Shown one piece after another: positions 1 through 10,920 of a DNA stretch of 63,451 nt (position 1 is its first letter; each line of letters begins with the position of its first letter). Location: the IMG/VR virus record IMGVR_UViG_3300033512_000504. The stretch is one strand, 5' to 3'. The translations under genes were made by a program, and so were the position numbers. A model generated the notes under the pieces. That model did no database searches. It worked only from the letters and a program-made list of their open reading frames with translations, and was not told the origin of the DNA. The DNA comes from a virus.

Positions 1-84
1 GATGTTTTGACGTATTAAAGCGTCAATAACATTTCTGTCTTCTTGGTTCATGTGAATATTAAATTCGTATCTTTTATCTTTCAT
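1..84 (-). CDS. 5' part of small ORF (MKDKRYEFNIHMNQEDRNVIDALIRQNI...), possibly RHH-like gene inside an IS605-family element; runs off window
   Basis: Open frame from ATG at 84, downstream of the IS left-end motif at 194-237. Confidence 0.35.
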   Translation of the reverse strand, partial: MKDKRYEFNIHMNQEDRNVIDALIRQNI

Positions 85-193
85 ACCAATCTTATTCTAT
101 CTTTTTGAGAATAATCCTTTAATTATTTTGAAATATTTTTTAAGTTGATTTTGTTTTGGGAATATGTATAATGATATTAATATTTGTTGCGTC

Positions 194-237
194 GTTCGCT
201 TTCATCCCACGACTGAAGTCGTGAGCCTTCCCGCTCA
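194..237 (-). mobile_element. IS200/IS605-family left-end hairpin; element extends off the window
   Basis: Minus-strand TGAGCGGGAAGGCTCACGACTTCAGTCGTGGGATGAAAGCGAAC is near-identical to the left end of the tnpA-tnpB element at ~40788. Confidence 0.7.
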
Positions 238-444
238 CAGATCGTAAGTAAAAAGCTAAGTAGAAACTGGCATTCTAGTATCTCTACAACTCCAGACTTT
301 TTACCATCTTTCCCATCCCAATTACCGCCAACTAGAGTTACGTTCATTTCAAAGCCCTTTCTTGAATATTCAGACCAAATATATATTACATGATTTTGGA
401 AACGAATTCAAGACTTATTTTGCATCAATAATTAAAAACCTTGA

Positions 445-1149
445 TTAAGAGGCTCTGCGACTGAGAGCATCTAATTTACCAAGAATATCTTTGACTAATT
501 TTCGTTCAGAGTCGGTTCTAGCTTGAGATAATGCTTCATTAATGATATTGATGAAGTCATTTGTTGGTATTGTGATAAGTTCACCAGAATTTTTCATTTC
601 TCCCAAGATAGCAGCTTGCAATTTCAAAAGATCTTTTAATTGACCCATTAATCTTGCTGTCTCGGAACTTTTAAGTTTTTCAATCTCAGCTACGCTTTCA
701 TCTTCGGCAGGAATTACGCTATTTATGCCCATTAATCTTTCTGACAAAATAGCAAAACAAATTGATATCCTATCTAAAGTAGTAAGATTTTGTCCTGAAT
801 AACGTTTAATTCGATCAATATATTCTACCTTCTGAATTTCCCTGATGGCTCTGTCATAGTGAAATCGCATATGATTTTCAACTATGCTTTTATGTATATC
901 ATGACCCGACAACTGTTTGAAAAAAGCAGCGGTTTGTTTATAATCTTTACATGTGAGATATAGTTGTTCAACATCTTCCCGATGAGGGCTGGAACAAAGA
1001 TCACAACTTGGCTCATGCACAACCATACCGTCGCTAATATTTACACCTTGGGCAAATAATTTATCAACTTGATCGTTATTGTTCAGGATTTGTATAGTAA
1101 CATCATTATGATCGATTAAAATTGGTTCCATAGAATCTTCTAAGTCCAT
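445..1149 (-). CDS. hypothetical protein with CxxC...H..H putative zinc-binding motif
   Basis: 234 aa ORF, GGAG RBS, CDLC and HMRFH motifs. Confidence 0.6.
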   Translation of the reverse strand: MDLEDSMEPILIDHNDVTIQILNNNDQVDKLFAQGVNISDGMVVHEPSCDLCSSPHREDVEQLYLTCKDYKQTAAFFKQLSGHDIHKSIVENHMRFHYDRAIREIQKVEYIDRIKRYSGQNLTTLDRISICFAILSERLMGINSVIPAEDESVAEIEKLKSSETARLMGQLKDLLKLQAAILGEMKNSGELITIPTNDFINIINEALSQARTDSERKLVKDILGKLDALSRRAS

Positions 1150-1185
1150 GTTGTTCTCCTTGTTTGTTGCTTATATTATACAAAA

Positions 1186-1446
1186 TTATTTAGATTTTGC
1201 AATGGTTTTAGCTATGTCTGTCAACAAATAGGAAAGCGTATTTGGTCTTGAATCTAAGAGAACTGTAAGAAAGTTTTCTATCTTTTCGTCAGGAAGATTA
1301 AAGTTTTTGTCTTGAGCATACGCCTTTAATGCACTTATAACTTCTCTAGCTTCTTTTCGTTTATTAGATAAGACAATTAGATCATGCGCATTGTTGATAA
1401 GCGTTAAAACTGATCTTGTTGTTGGATTAAGTTCTTTTATTGGCAT
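1186..1446 (-). CDS. hypothetical protein
   Basis: 86 aa ORF coupled to the upstream gene. Confidence 0.55.
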   Translation of the reverse strand: MPIKELNPTTRSVLTLINNAHDLIVLSNKRKEAREVISALKAYAQDKNFNLPDEKIENFLTVLLDSRPNTLSYLLTDIAKTIAKSK

Positions 1447-1877
1447 TATGACACCCTATCTATTGAGACAATTCTTTCTGGCTCTATAGACGGATCTGCA
1501 AATATTGTAGTTTCTGCTTGTTCCCATGCTTCTTCGTCGCTTGAGGCATACACATAATGATTTATATCATAGGAACTCCATACTTTCCCATATATATCTT
1601 CAAACGAAAAACTATATTCATGCTGACCATCTAAGGACTTTACATTCTCTTTTGCCGCTTGAACATAATTAGCAGCAGCTTCTCTATTCAATCCATCAAT
1701 AACTAGTAACTCAGCACATTCGGATTCAGTTACGCCATCTTCAAGATACATACTAGCCATGTCCACCATACGATTATGTTCGTTAATGGCTGCTTGCGTT
1801 TGCTTTTTCATTTGCTTATACAAATTATCTATAAACGCTACATTATCTATATCTTTTGAAGCAGATCTTATTTTCAT
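1446..1877 (-). CDS. hypothetical protein
   Basis: 143 aa ORF in a co-directional run. Confidence 0.6.
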   Translation of the reverse strand: MKIRSASKDIDNVAFIDNLYKQMKKQTQAAINEHNRMVDMASMYLEDGVTESECAELLVIDGLNREAAANYVQAAKENVKSLDGQHEYSFSFEDIYGKVWSSYDINHYVYASSDEEAWEQAETTIFADPSIEPERIVSIDRVS

Positions 1878-1911
1878 AACCTTTATTCCGTAAAAATATC
1901 AGAAACCCTTT

Positions 1912-2757
1912 TTATTGGATAGGGCTACCGATATCTTCTTCCCCATCCGCACCATCATCTTCAGTCAATTGATTCTGTGCATATTGGGTAACTTCCTCTT
2001 TGTTAAGTGAAGTTTCTTCGGAATTAGTGGAATTCTTTTTATTAATAGACTGCTCTTGCAATTCCCATGATACACTATAATCACTATTGCCATCCAAGCT
2101 TTTATTAACCCATTTACCACCTTCAAATGATTTAACCGACATTTTCCCTGATTTTGGACTATAAACATAATCAATGGCTTCGTTGCCAGTCCATGATTTA
2201 GCTATAATTCTACCTGTCGCCTGATATGTTGTTTCTTTATTCTTACCAGCAAAAACAATTAAAATCTCTTTGCCATCTTCTTGTATCTTGGCTTGTTTTA
2301 TTTCGCCAAGTTTATAACACTGAATAGTTCTTTTTAATACCTCTTCTGCGTTCTTAATAGAATCTGGAGTATCCAAACCAGAAGCGTAACTCAATGGGTC
2401 AAAATCTTCTACATCTCCGCCAATATAAACAATACAATCTCCTAATCTGCTAATCTCGTCAGCCAAAGACTCGGATATATTGCTATTTAACTCGCATTTA
2501 CTAAATATATTAATTAAACTGTCTCTTATCTCATAAAGCGTTATTAATAATTTCTCTGATATCAAATTGCGAGGTTTTTCATTAGCTACGTCATTAGATC
2601 CTGTATCACGTTTAGATTCAACCTCGGCTACATATAGCAAAGACCCACTAAGGGAAGATTTTAGCCCTTCTGCTAACATATTGCCGGTATCAATTGGCTC
2701 TACATTTCTGTCTGAAACTAATGAAGCCAACCTTTCTTGATCAGTCATTTCTCTCAT
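1912..2757 (-). CDS. hypothetical protein with acidic C-terminus
   Basis: 281 aa ORF with AGGAG RBS. Confidence 0.6.
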   Translation of the reverse strand: MREMTDQERLASLVSDRNVEPIDTGNMLAEGLKSSLSGSLLYVAEVESKRDTGSNDVANEKPRNLISEKLLITLYEIRDSLINIFSKCELNSNISESLADEISRLGDCIVYIGGDVEDFDPLSYASGLDTPDSIKNAEEVLKRTIQCYKLGEIKQAKIQEDGKEILIVFAGKNKETTYQATGRIIAKSWTGNEAIDYVYSPKSGKMSVKSFEGGKWVNKSLDGNSDYSVSWELQEQSINKKNSTNSEETSLNKEEVTQYAQNQLTEDDGADGEEDIGSPIQ

Positions 2758-2780
2758 TGATTCTCCTTTGAATTCTTTAC

Positions 2781-3023
2781 TTAAACAATAATATTCGTTC
2801 TTAATTCTTCAATACCGCAATTAGGACATCCATTTGTAGTTAGAAGTATCGAAATTACAAATCCACAACTTTCGCATTGAACTACTTCATTGCCATAATT
2901 TGATTCATCTTGCAATGTGGAATCCAACGCTGCAACAGCTTTTTCTTGTATAGGTCTGCCAAATGGTGTTCTCTTTGAAACCATCTGCCTGTTTAAAATA
3001 GTTGTAGATTGTTCTATATTCAT
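2781..3023 (-). CDS. small zinc-ribbon protein
   Basis: CESC...CPNC motif. Confidence 0.55.
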   Translation of the reverse strand: MNIEQSTTILNRQMVSKRTPFGRPIQEKAVAALDSTLQDESNYGNEVVQCESCGFVISILLTTNGCPNCGIEELRTNIIV

Positions 3024-3093
3024 GATTATTATTTCTTGGATTATTATACATTTTCATTTTTATTATTTTAAAAAAATGTATAATGTTAGTGTT

Positions 3094-3654
3094 ATGGGTA
3101 AATATAGTCTAAATAAAAGCAGTGGTAAGAACTTTTGCGATGAGTTATGGGTCAAGTTAGTTAGATTGAATTTTAACAACAAATGCCCTATTTGTGAAGC
3201 AATGGGATTACCGCTTGATGAAAAAATGTTAAATGCTCACCATTTGATTTCAAGACGAGTATATAAATACCGTTGGGATGTTCAAAATGGAATATTAATA
3301 TGTCCAAAACATCATGAATTCGACTTGGTTCTGTCAGCTCATACCGCTCCTTGGTCATTTGAAGATTGGATAAAAACAAATAGACCTGAACAATACAATC
3401 AGTGGGTAATAAATCGTAATGACTTAGAATCCGATGGGGTTTATAAATACGAAGAGATATATCACAATCTAGAAGAGCAGTATAAAGCGAAAACTGGCGA
3501 ATATTATATGATAAAACGCATTAACATGTATCTTTTATCTAAAGACAAAGCCCAAATAATAATGGCTAAGAATATGCAAGGAAAAAGTTTAAAGGAATTA
3601 TCTTTGCAATATGATGTTACAGAAGCGACAATGAAAAACTTCCTAGGCTTATAA
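3094..3654 (+). CDS. HNH endonuclease-like protein
   Basis: CPIC...AHHLISRR...NGILICPKHH; start at ATG 3094 preferred over the upstream overlapping start. Confidence 0.75.
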   Translation: MGKYSLNKSSGKNFCDELWVKLVRLNFNNKCPICEAMGLPLDEKMLNAHHLISRRVYKYRWDVQNGILICPKHHEFDLVLSAHTAPWSFEDWIKTNRPEQYNQWVINRNDLESDGVYKYEEIYHNLEEQYKAKTGEYYMIKRINMYLLSKDKAQIIMAKNMQGKSLKELSLQYDVTEATMKNFLGL

Positions 3655-4869
3655 GTTGTTGCTAGTTAATGCTCCCACCATTTCCTGTAGATCTTGCCTA
3701 GGGTTCAATCCATACCTTATCTCTTTAAGTTTATCAAGTGCAAACAAATAGACGTTAATACAACGATCAACCAATTTAATCTTCATTTCTGGTTCTTTGT
3801 ATTCGTTAACATATGGCGTTATAATATTTTTCCTTAGAAATTGAACAGTTAAATCAGCCATAAATTGCATTGGTATTACTTCTGCTCTAGCGGCTTTCTT
3901 AGATATGTCTATTTGACGATCCTTAATTCCGCATATCTTGGTTATATATTTTATTCTATCCTCTACTTCTTTTAGACTTTCGGATTGCTTTCTTTTTTCG
4001 GTAGGTGTTAATGTGTATTGATGCCATATTGAAGAAGGATATTTACCCATTTGCATAAGAGATTGAGAAACTTCGCTCCAAGATTGTCCTTGGCTCCAAT
4101 AAGAAGCGGCAGCTAATTGCCATCTTGCCTTTCTAACCATTATATCAGCTAAAACGTTTTCGTTAATACCCATATCTAAAAACTGTTGCATCATCGTAAT
4201 AGATTTACCATAGGAACAAGTATCCAATACATTTCCAAATTTATAAATGATAGCTTCGGTTGACGATGGATAGGCGTTTTGTATTATGAAATCATTAGTT
4301 ATCGTATCTGGACATGTCAATAGTAGCTTATCTATTTCCGTCTCTAACATGCCTCGGTTTTTACCAACAATTTCCGCAAACAATAAAGCACTTTTGTCAG
4401 ATATTTCTTTTTTAGCTTTTTGGAATCGATTTTTTATAAAAGCAGAACAGTCACTATCTTGCTTGTCAGTAAAATCGCTACCATTATTTATAACTTTGTG
4501 GTCTTTGTTCTTTTTTAACTCGTTGATCCATTCTGACCATGTTTTATTAAAAGTTCCTGTCTTGGGATCAACTTTAATCTCTTCTGTTGAATCCCATATA
4601 ATAAATTTAAGTTTATCAGACGATATTGAAACCAAATCAATCAAGAAATCTCTCGTAGCTTTCTTATTCGGCAAGTCATTAATTAAAATAACCTTTTTAC
4701 TAGACAAAAAGTCCCCTTGACCGGCAGCAGATCGAATTGCATCAGGGCTATCATCAGACGCAGAGAACGTTGCCCATTTATAATCTTTATATTTGCGTTT
4801 GGCAGCATTAACATGGTTCTGTGACACGGTATGATCGCCTAAAATAATAACTGGTGATGGCATCTCCAT
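3649..4869 (-). CDS. holA: DNA polymerase III delta subunit-like clamp-loader protein
   Basis: FLSSKKVILI and LETEIDKLLL segments resemble HolA; near dnaN and dnaX. Confidence 0.7.
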   Translation of the reverse strand: MEMPSPVIILGDHTVSQNHVNAAKRKYKDYKWATFSASDDSPDAIRSAAGQGDFLSSKKVILINDLPNKKATRDFLIDLVSISSDKLKFIIWDSTEEIKVDPKTGTFNKTWSEWINELKKNKDHKVINNGSDFTDKQDSDCSAFIKNRFQKAKKEISDKSALLFAEIVGKNRGMLETEIDKLLLTCPDTITNDFIIQNAYPSSTEAIIYKFGNVLDTCSYGKSITMMQQFLDMGINENVLADIMVRKARWQLAAASYWSQGQSWSEVSQSLMQMGKYPSSIWHQYTLTPTEKRKQSESLKEVEDRIKYITKICGIKDRQIDISKKAARAEVIPMQFMADLTVQFLRKNIITPYVNEYKEPEMKIKLVDRCINVYLFALDKLKEIRYGLNPRQDLQEMVGALTSNNL

Positions 4870-4878
4870 AAATTAACC

Positions 4879-5439
4879 TCATAGATCGTTTATAATCTTT
4901 GTAACTTTAACTTCCAACTCTGCTAAACAATTATCGTTGTTTATTATATAGTCGCAAATATCTTCATTCATTTCTTGATTCAATATTCTGTTTTTCAAAG
5001 TCGTTAAACTGGTATGCGGCTCTCTTATCTGCAAACGACTTAAACTTGTTTCTAACGGACTTACAACACCTATTATCTTATCGCACATATCTTCGCATCC
5101 GACCATTGTGTACCCATCAATTACTATGCTCTTGTATCTATTCATTTTTATTTGCTTTACAAGTTCGTCATGAATAGGGGCTTTGATTATATCCGTCAAT
5201 TTAGACAACGATTCTTTACTGTTAAAAACAATATCCCCCAATAGTCTTCTATCTAGGTTCCCGTTTAAAAAGATATTATTTCCGAATGTATTTCTTAACT
5301 GTTCTTGTATCTCAGGCTTTTGTACGATTTCCTTACCTATTAAATCTAAAATGATTAAGTAAAAACCCTTTTTCTCTAAATATTTTGATACAACTGATTT
5401 TCCGCATCCAGATTTACCAATAACTCCGATAATCATCAT
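4879..5439 (-). CDS. coaE: dephospho-CoA kinase
   Basis: IIGVIGKSGCGKS P-loop, LDRRLLGDIVF, DYIINN motifs. Confidence 0.9.
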   Translation of the reverse strand: MMIIGVIGKSGCGKSVVSKYLEKKGFYLIILDLIGKEIVQKPEIQEQLRNTFGNNIFLNGNLDRRLLGDIVFNSKESLSKLTDIIKAPIHDELVKQIKMNRYKSIVIDGYTMVGCEDMCDKIIGVVSPLETSLSRLQIREPHTSLTTLKNRILNQEMNEDICDYIINNDNCLAELEVKVTKIINDL

Positions 5440-5443
5440 ACTC

Positions 5444-6391
5444 CTATGTCAATAAATATTTATCAGCAACATTATACGATTTTAACGCCCTTATTGCACT
5501 ACTTGAAATGTGATTAAATTCCTTATCGCAAAGTATTTCAATAATGTTCAACTCCGGCATAAATTCTTTCAAAAAGCAAATCTGATTTGATTCATAAAGC
5601 AGGTCATTTGCATCCCTTAATCCACGAATCAATGTAATTGGATACTGTAGACCTTTTAAAAAATCTGTCAACAAACCATTATAGTGCTCAATTTGCCTAT
5701 TTTGAATTGTTTTAGGAAGTGGCTCTTTGACACTCGTTTTTTCTGGATTCAAACCGCTTGCAATAATAACTTTATCGAATATTCTTTCAGCTTTCTCAAG
5801 TATGTTTAAATGTCCAACATGAAATGGGTTAAAACTGCCAGCGAACACACCTATTTTAGGTTCGAAATATTTCAAGTAGTTTTTATGTGATTCCGTGGCG
5901 TTAAATCTCTCTAGTATTTTCATTCGCTTTTCTTTGTATATTTTCCAATCTACAAACTGGTATTCTTTAAAAATATCTTTTTCAAACTGTACCAAATCAT
6001 CAAAACTACTATTAAATATTTCCAAATCCAACAAAATCAAATCATGACCAAGCCGCTGATATTGCCACTTATGCTCTTTAGTGCTTATAATTGCATCACA
6101 TATACTCTGCCTGTTCGGTATTGAAGACGGAACAGCATAGAGAAAACAATCTACACTTTTTTCCTCGTTGTCATTGTTTTTGGGGTTATAAACAATGTCA
6201 TGAAAAACAATTGCCAAAAACAAACTATCATCCAATATTGCTTTTTTCTCTGCAATTTCTATCATTTTCAGAATATGCTTCCAATTATGATAATACCGAT
6301 GAGGCTGATTATAAGCATCATTTATTAATTTTAGATCATCGGTTTTAACACCTATTTTCTCAAGTCGATTTAATATATCTTTAGATTCCAT
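5444..6391 (-). CDS. coaD: HD-domain / phosphopantetheine adenylyltransferase (CoaD-like) fusion
   Basis: N-terminal RYYHNWKH...FHDIVY HD motif; C-terminal FAGSFNPFHVGH, IRGLR, ISSSAIR; adjacent to coaE. Confidence 0.8.
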   Translation of the reverse strand: MESKDILNRLEKIGVKTDDLKLINDAYNQPHRYYHNWKHILKMIEIAEKKAILDDSLFLAIVFHDIVYNPKNNDNEEKSVDCFLYAVPSSIPNRQSICDAIISTKEHKWQYQRLGHDLILLDLEIFNSSFDDLVQFEKDIFKEYQFVDWKIYKEKRMKILERFNATESHKNYLKYFEPKIGVFAGSFNPFHVGHLNILEKAERIFDKVIIASGLNPEKTSVKEPLPKTIQNRQIEHYNGLLTDFLKGLQYPITLIRGLRDANDLLYESNQICFLKEFMPELNIIEILCDKEFNHISSSAIRALKSYNVADKYLLT

Positions 6392-6462
6392 AATATGCCT
6401 TTCTTTATTTTCCTATATTGTAATACTTGTTTAGAAAAAGTCAATGATAAAATGAACTATAT

Positions 6463-7014
6463 TTATTTTTTGATTGGCTTTAAGGAATTCAGGTTTTCGA
6501 CAAGCTCCGACCAGAATCCTGCTATGCAATTTTCGTTAGACTGTTCGTCCGATAAATCATCAAAATACAGCTCACCTTGTTTATGAAACGTTATCCAAAA
6601 AGCAGATTTGATTTGCGACAGATTCCAACGATTCGTATTTTCAACACTTTCATCGGTATTTATTACAGTGTCCAAAGGAAGAGGTTCAATAGGTTTAACT
6701 CCGCATACCAATTGTGCGTTTTCAAAATCGAGCATGTCAAGTACATATTCCGCCGCACTAGCATAATCTTTTGGATCAGGCTTATTGTAAACTGGAAACT
6801 CTTCAACAGTTATTTTAACATAAACAGGTGGACAATCGTCTTTGCCCCAGTCAGATTGGCTTCCTCTATCTGTATACGTTTCTTCAAGTCTCATACCAGA
6901 ATAGGCATCATTCGACTTTACTTGTGATACACCCATCCATGCCGTGTATGTTCGTATAATTTTCTGATTTGCATCTGATTCTATGTCGTCTCCAAATATC
7001 TTTTCTAACAACAT
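6463..7014 (-). CDS. hypothetical protein
   Basis: 183 aa ORF coupled to the dnaN stop. Confidence 0.55.
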   Translation of the reverse strand: MLLEKIFGDDIESDANQKIIRTYTAWMGVSQVKSNDAYSGMRLEETYTDRGSQSDWGKDDCPPVYVKITVEEFPVYNKPDPKDYASAAEYVLDMLDFENAQLVCGVKPIEPLPLDTVINTDESVENTNRWNLSQIKSAFWITFHKQGELYFDDLSDEQSNENCIAGFWSELVENLNSLKPIKK

Positions 7015-8324
7015 TAATCGTTCAAGTTGTATTTGGATCTTTCAACAGCCATCGCATAATATTCCACATTAGATTTTTCAGGACTAATGAGTTTAATGCT
7101 ATCTTTATTCTTGTCGGTTGGTACTAATACCTTAACTTCAGTACCAATAACTTTAAGAACATCTAGGAAATGTTGTACATTCCAAACTCGCTTTAAAGCT
7201 TCTTTAAGCTCAGGAACCTCAAGATTTGCAATACATGGAGATTGACCGCTTTCTGACATACCAGTAAGGGTCAACTGATTATCTTTAAAATCAAATAATA
7301 TTGCATTCTTGTTTACAATAGATACCGTATTAAGTCTACTCGTCAGAATACCAGCAGAAATTTTGCAGAGTTCATTATATTTCTTATTCAAAAACAAATC
7401 TAGTGGAGGATACTTTTCAATCATACCCTTTTCTGCCGTTGCTAATCGAACCATGAATCCCGGCTGATAAATATAAGCTCGATTCTTTGTTTCATCCCTG
7501 TAAAACTTTAGTGGAGACATGTCTGAAGACAATTTGCAAATGTTGGATAACATTTTGCAATTTATAAGCAAATTATGTTCCCACGCATTAGCCATTCCGC
7601 TTTCTTCCATTTGCTTAGATGTTATAGTGCTCTTTATACTGATATTGTCGGCATTCGGAATATGATATAGAGAGCATCTGGCACAATCTGTCGTTACCAA
7701 ATATAATTTACCATCTTTGTGTTGAAAGGATACGGTATCAAACAAATGATCGGCATCCTTGGGCATTGCAACAAAGGATACATGTTTGATTCCTTCAACC
7801 AACTGCTCCAATGGCAATTCAAATAGTGATTTGTTTTTGAAATCGTAATCTATCAGAGGAACCTGATCTGAATCATAACTATCTAATGACCATTTTGAAC
7901 CTGTTTTCGATGCGTCTTTTGAAACAATCTCCAATGTTCCTATTTTCTTTATTGAAGCTTTTGAGGAAACGTCGCTATTACCACCTGATACGCTTATTAA
8001 TTCTGGAGATTCCAAGTCTTTTGAACGTAATCCAATAACGCAATCTCCTTGACGATTAACCCACTCATATAAGTCTTTGGCTGATACCATTGCATTACCA
8101 ACTTCTTTTACCGTAGTATCTTCCGACAATGGAGAGACATATTTAGAAGCTATCAATGCAGTAGCGGACTCAAATGTAATAGAATCGTTATCTGCTTTGA
8201 TTTTAACCGATTTAATCAATCTAGATAATGTGCTTGTATCCGCCTGTGCTTCGTCTGACAGAGCAGCGAGTGCGCCACGTTTTAATGCTTCTAACAATGT
8301 GCTTTGAGATATAGTTACCTTCAT
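7014..8324 (-). CDS. dnaN: DNA polymerase III beta sliding clamp (divergent, with insertions)
   Basis: MKVTISQSTLLEAL start, LVTTDCARCS (ATDGHRL-like), three-domain length, context. Confidence 0.8.
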   Translation of the reverse strand: MKVTISQSTLLEALKRGALAALSDEAQADTSTLSRLIKSVKIKADNDSITFESATALIASKYVSPLSEDTTVKEVGNAMVSAKDLYEWVNRQGDCVIGLRSKDLESPELISVSGGNSDVSSKASIKKIGTLEIVSKDASKTGSKWSLDSYDSDQVPLIDYDFKNKSLFELPLEQLVEGIKHVSFVAMPKDADHLFDTVSFQHKDGKLYLVTTDCARCSLYHIPNADNISIKSTITSKQMEESGMANAWEHNLLINCKMLSNICKLSSDMSPLKFYRDETKNRAYIYQPGFMVRLATAEKGMIEKYPPLDLFLNKKYNELCKISAGILTSRLNTVSIVNKNAILFDFKDNQLTLTGMSESGQSPCIANLEVPELKEALKRVWNVQHFLDVLKVIGTEVKVLVPTDKNKDSIKLISPEKSNVEYYAMAVERSKYNLND

Positions 8325-8379
8325 CGTTTCTCCCTATGGTTTTTAACAGTTGTTTAAATCAAAAATATTATACAACAAA

Positions 8380-9303
8380 CTAGAGTATAAATAAAGGAAT
8401 TTCGTCTAATTTACCAATTTCTTTAAGTTTTTTAGCTTTAGTTCGTATTCTTACCAGAGCATTATCAACGGATTTGGTAGGATTGCTTTTTGATTTTTTA
8501 TCAGAAACATCATCGGCGATTTCATTATAGGAAGAACTGGTTAAATATTCATAAAGGACTTCTTGTTCAAATTCAGACAACGTATCGCAAAGACTTTTTA
8601 ATGTGACCGAATATGCTTCGCTATTCTCTGTTTGTTTATCTACTGAATGCCCTTTGTCAGGTATTATATTAGCTAATGTTTGACCATCCTCGTTATTACC
8701 ATAAGTGCTATCTAATGAAATTGCTTGATTAATAGATTGATCTTTCAATCTTGTCTTTGATGAATTCAATAACGTTATCAAATGTCGTCTTATACACATC
8801 TTTGCAAAATTCAAAAAGCTCATACCTTTACCTTGTCGGAATCCATTGATAGCTTTGAAACGCAATGCAATAAGTGCCTCTTGATAGATATCTACAGTTT
8901 GAAGACCTCGAATATACGGGAATTGTTTCAAGGCTACATTGATTAAAAATCCATGCATATATAAATGTATTTTGTCAAATAGAAGTTGACTTTTATAATG
9001 GTCTTCTGGATGTCTACGCATAGCTATTGCCATTTTATCCAATTTAGATTGAATCTGCTTTGGAGTTCCCAATAATGGCTCTTTCACCTGAGGAAGTCTA
9101 AATAATATATCTTCCACTTCAGATGACTTTTTAGAAAACGTAGCATCTTCATCTTCGTTTTCGCTATCTTCTTCGACTACATCTACCTTTATATCGATTA
9201 ATATATTTTCACATATTAATTCTTCTTTTTTGTCTTCTTCAGACTTGATTCTTTTAGCCATCCCGTAATATCTCCCTTTTTTCGGGGGGATAGGAACAGT
9301 CAA
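8380..9303 (-). CDS. RNA polymerase sigma factor, SigH-like
   Basis: DIYQEALIAL, SFLNFAKMCIRR, SYNEIA...KSVDNALVRIRTK. Confidence 0.85.
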   Translation of the reverse strand: MTVPIPPKKGRYYGMAKRIKSEEDKKEELICENILIDIKVDVVEEDSENEDEDATFSKKSSEVEDILFRLPQVKEPLLGTPKQIQSKLDKMAIAMRRHPEDHYKSQLLFDKIHLYMHGFLINVALKQFPYIRGLQTVDIYQEALIALRFKAINGFRQGKGMSFLNFAKMCIRRHLITLLNSSKTRLKDQSINQAISLDSTYGNNEDGQTLANIIPDKGHSVDKQTENSEAYSVTLKSLCDTLSEFEQEVLYEYLTSSSYNEIADDVSDKKSKSNPTKSVDNALVRIRTKAKKLKEIGKLDEIPLFIL

Positions 9304-9315
9304 TGTATTACTTTC

Positions 9316-10425
9316 TTATTTTCTTAGCAGTGCTGTGCAATGAATTAATGTTGATTCCAAAACCCACCTTTCGTTAATACTATACTCTAGCTCTTTTTTT
9401 AATGTCGAGAACTGTTTTGCCATTTTATCTAATTGACCAAGCTTGACATTCTCTCCAACCTTATTTAAAGCTTCCACCTCGTAATCTGGTAAATCCAATA
9501 ATTTACAATTACCGTTATTTGCCTTTATATGCATAATATTACGGAAAACTTCAGAAATTTCATACGCAATTTCTTTTGTATCTACATTAGACATTACCAA
9601 ATCATTTACTTGATCCATAACCAACGGAATATTGCCTGTTATCATAGCATTTACCATCTGCGAGACAATTTGCCGATCTGCCATTCCAAAATATTTTTGA
9701 ACCTGTGTATCCGTTATTTCCCGCCCAACTGCAATTGTTGCAATTTGTTCTAATGCCACAATCGCATCTCTCATACTTCCCTGACTTTTTTGGGATAATA
9801 CAAAAAGAGCACTATCTGTAATCTTTACTTTTTCTGCATCACTTATTAAACGAAGACGACCTACTATTTCCTTAGATTTAAGTCTTCTAAAATTAAAACG
9901 TTGAGACCTAGACGGGATTGTTGATATAACTTTGTCTGGATCGGTTGTGCAAAAGATAAATGTCAAATAAGGCGGCGGTTCCTCAGTAATTTTCAATAGA
10001 GCAGATACGGCACCACCAGATAGTTTATGACATTCATCAATAATATAAACTTTTCTTTTTAATTGTGATGGTCCCCAATTAGCTCCTTCAATTAAAGCAG
10101 AAACGTTTTCGACTTTACCGTTAGCCGCTCCATCCAATTCAAAAACATCCATTGCAACACCGCTTGGAATAGTCTGACAAGCCTTGCATTTGCCACATAA
10201 AACGCCGTTAACAACGTTTTCACAATTCAATAACGTAGCTAAAATTCTGGCAGAAGATGTCTTTCCACAGCCTTTGGTTCCTACAAAAAAATAAGAATTA
10301 GCAAATCTTTTTATATTTGATGCCTGTCTCAACGTTTCGACTACGCTTTCTTGGCCAACCATATCATCAATTTGAGCAGGGCGGTATTTTAAATGCCAGT
10401 TCAAGTCCATATTTCTTTTCTCCAT
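9316..10425 (-). CDS. dnaX: DNA polymerase III gamma/tau clamp-loader ATPase
   Basis: KYRP, GTKGCGKTS, CGKCKAC, IIDECH, GSMRDA. Confidence 0.95.
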   Translation of the reverse strand: MEKRNMDLNWHLKYRPAQIDDMVGQESVVETLRQASNIKRFANSYFFVGTKGCGKTSSARILATLLNCENVVNGVLCGKCKACQTIPSGVAMDVFELDGAANGKVENVSALIEGANWGPSQLKRKVYIIDECHKLSGGAVSALLKITEEPPPYLTFIFCTTDPDKVISTIPSRSQRFNFRRLKSKEIVGRLRLISDAEKVKITDSALFVLSQKSQGSMRDAIVALEQIATIAVGREITDTQVQKYFGMADRQIVSQMVNAMITGNIPLVMDQVNDLVMSNVDTKEIAYEISEVFRNIMHIKANNGNCKLLDLPDYEVEALNKVGENVKLGQLDKMAKQFSTLKKELEYSINERWVLESTLIHCTALLRK

Positions 10426-10482
10426 AGTTAGTGATTCTATTATACAACAATGTAAAATTTCTTGAAAAAATTCTTAAAAACA

Positions 10483-10920
10483 TTATACAGGATTTTTATG
10501 AGAGGCAACTTTTTTTATCTTCTTATGTATCTCGTTCTCCAATTCTTTACTATTGACATTAATCGTTTCAATTCCGTCTATTGTTTTATCATCCGAATTA
10601 CATAAAATATATGGGAATATCACGTTTTCTATAATGTCTTCTTTTTTAATATCATCTATAATTATAAGTTTTTTATCATCAGGAACAGATGCCAAAACAA
10701 GATTAATCCAATAACATTTACTGGTATTATATCCTTTTGAACGTATTTTATCAATAGTTTCTTCAGGAAATCTATTACCCGGCAATAAATACTTAGCAAT
10801 TTCGGTAGTTTTAGCAAAAATGGATGTTCTATAAAAGCCAATATCTGTAAATATCTTAGCTACTTTATTAATTTCTTCCGTGTTGTTTCTTATTAAACCA
10901 ATTATTATTTTTCTATTCAC
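10483..10920 (-). CDS. degenerate dNMP-kinase-like protein
   Basis: IIIGLI...FA...YWIN...IIIDDI pattern; P-loop not intact. Confidence 0.4.
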   Translation of the reverse strand: MNRKIIIGLIRNNTEEINKVAKIFTDIGFYRTSIFAKTTEIAKYLLPGNRFPEETIDKIRSKGYNTSKCYWINLVLASVPDDKKLIIIDDIKKEDIIENVIFPYILCNSDDKTIDGIETINVNSKELENEIHKKIKKVASHKNPV

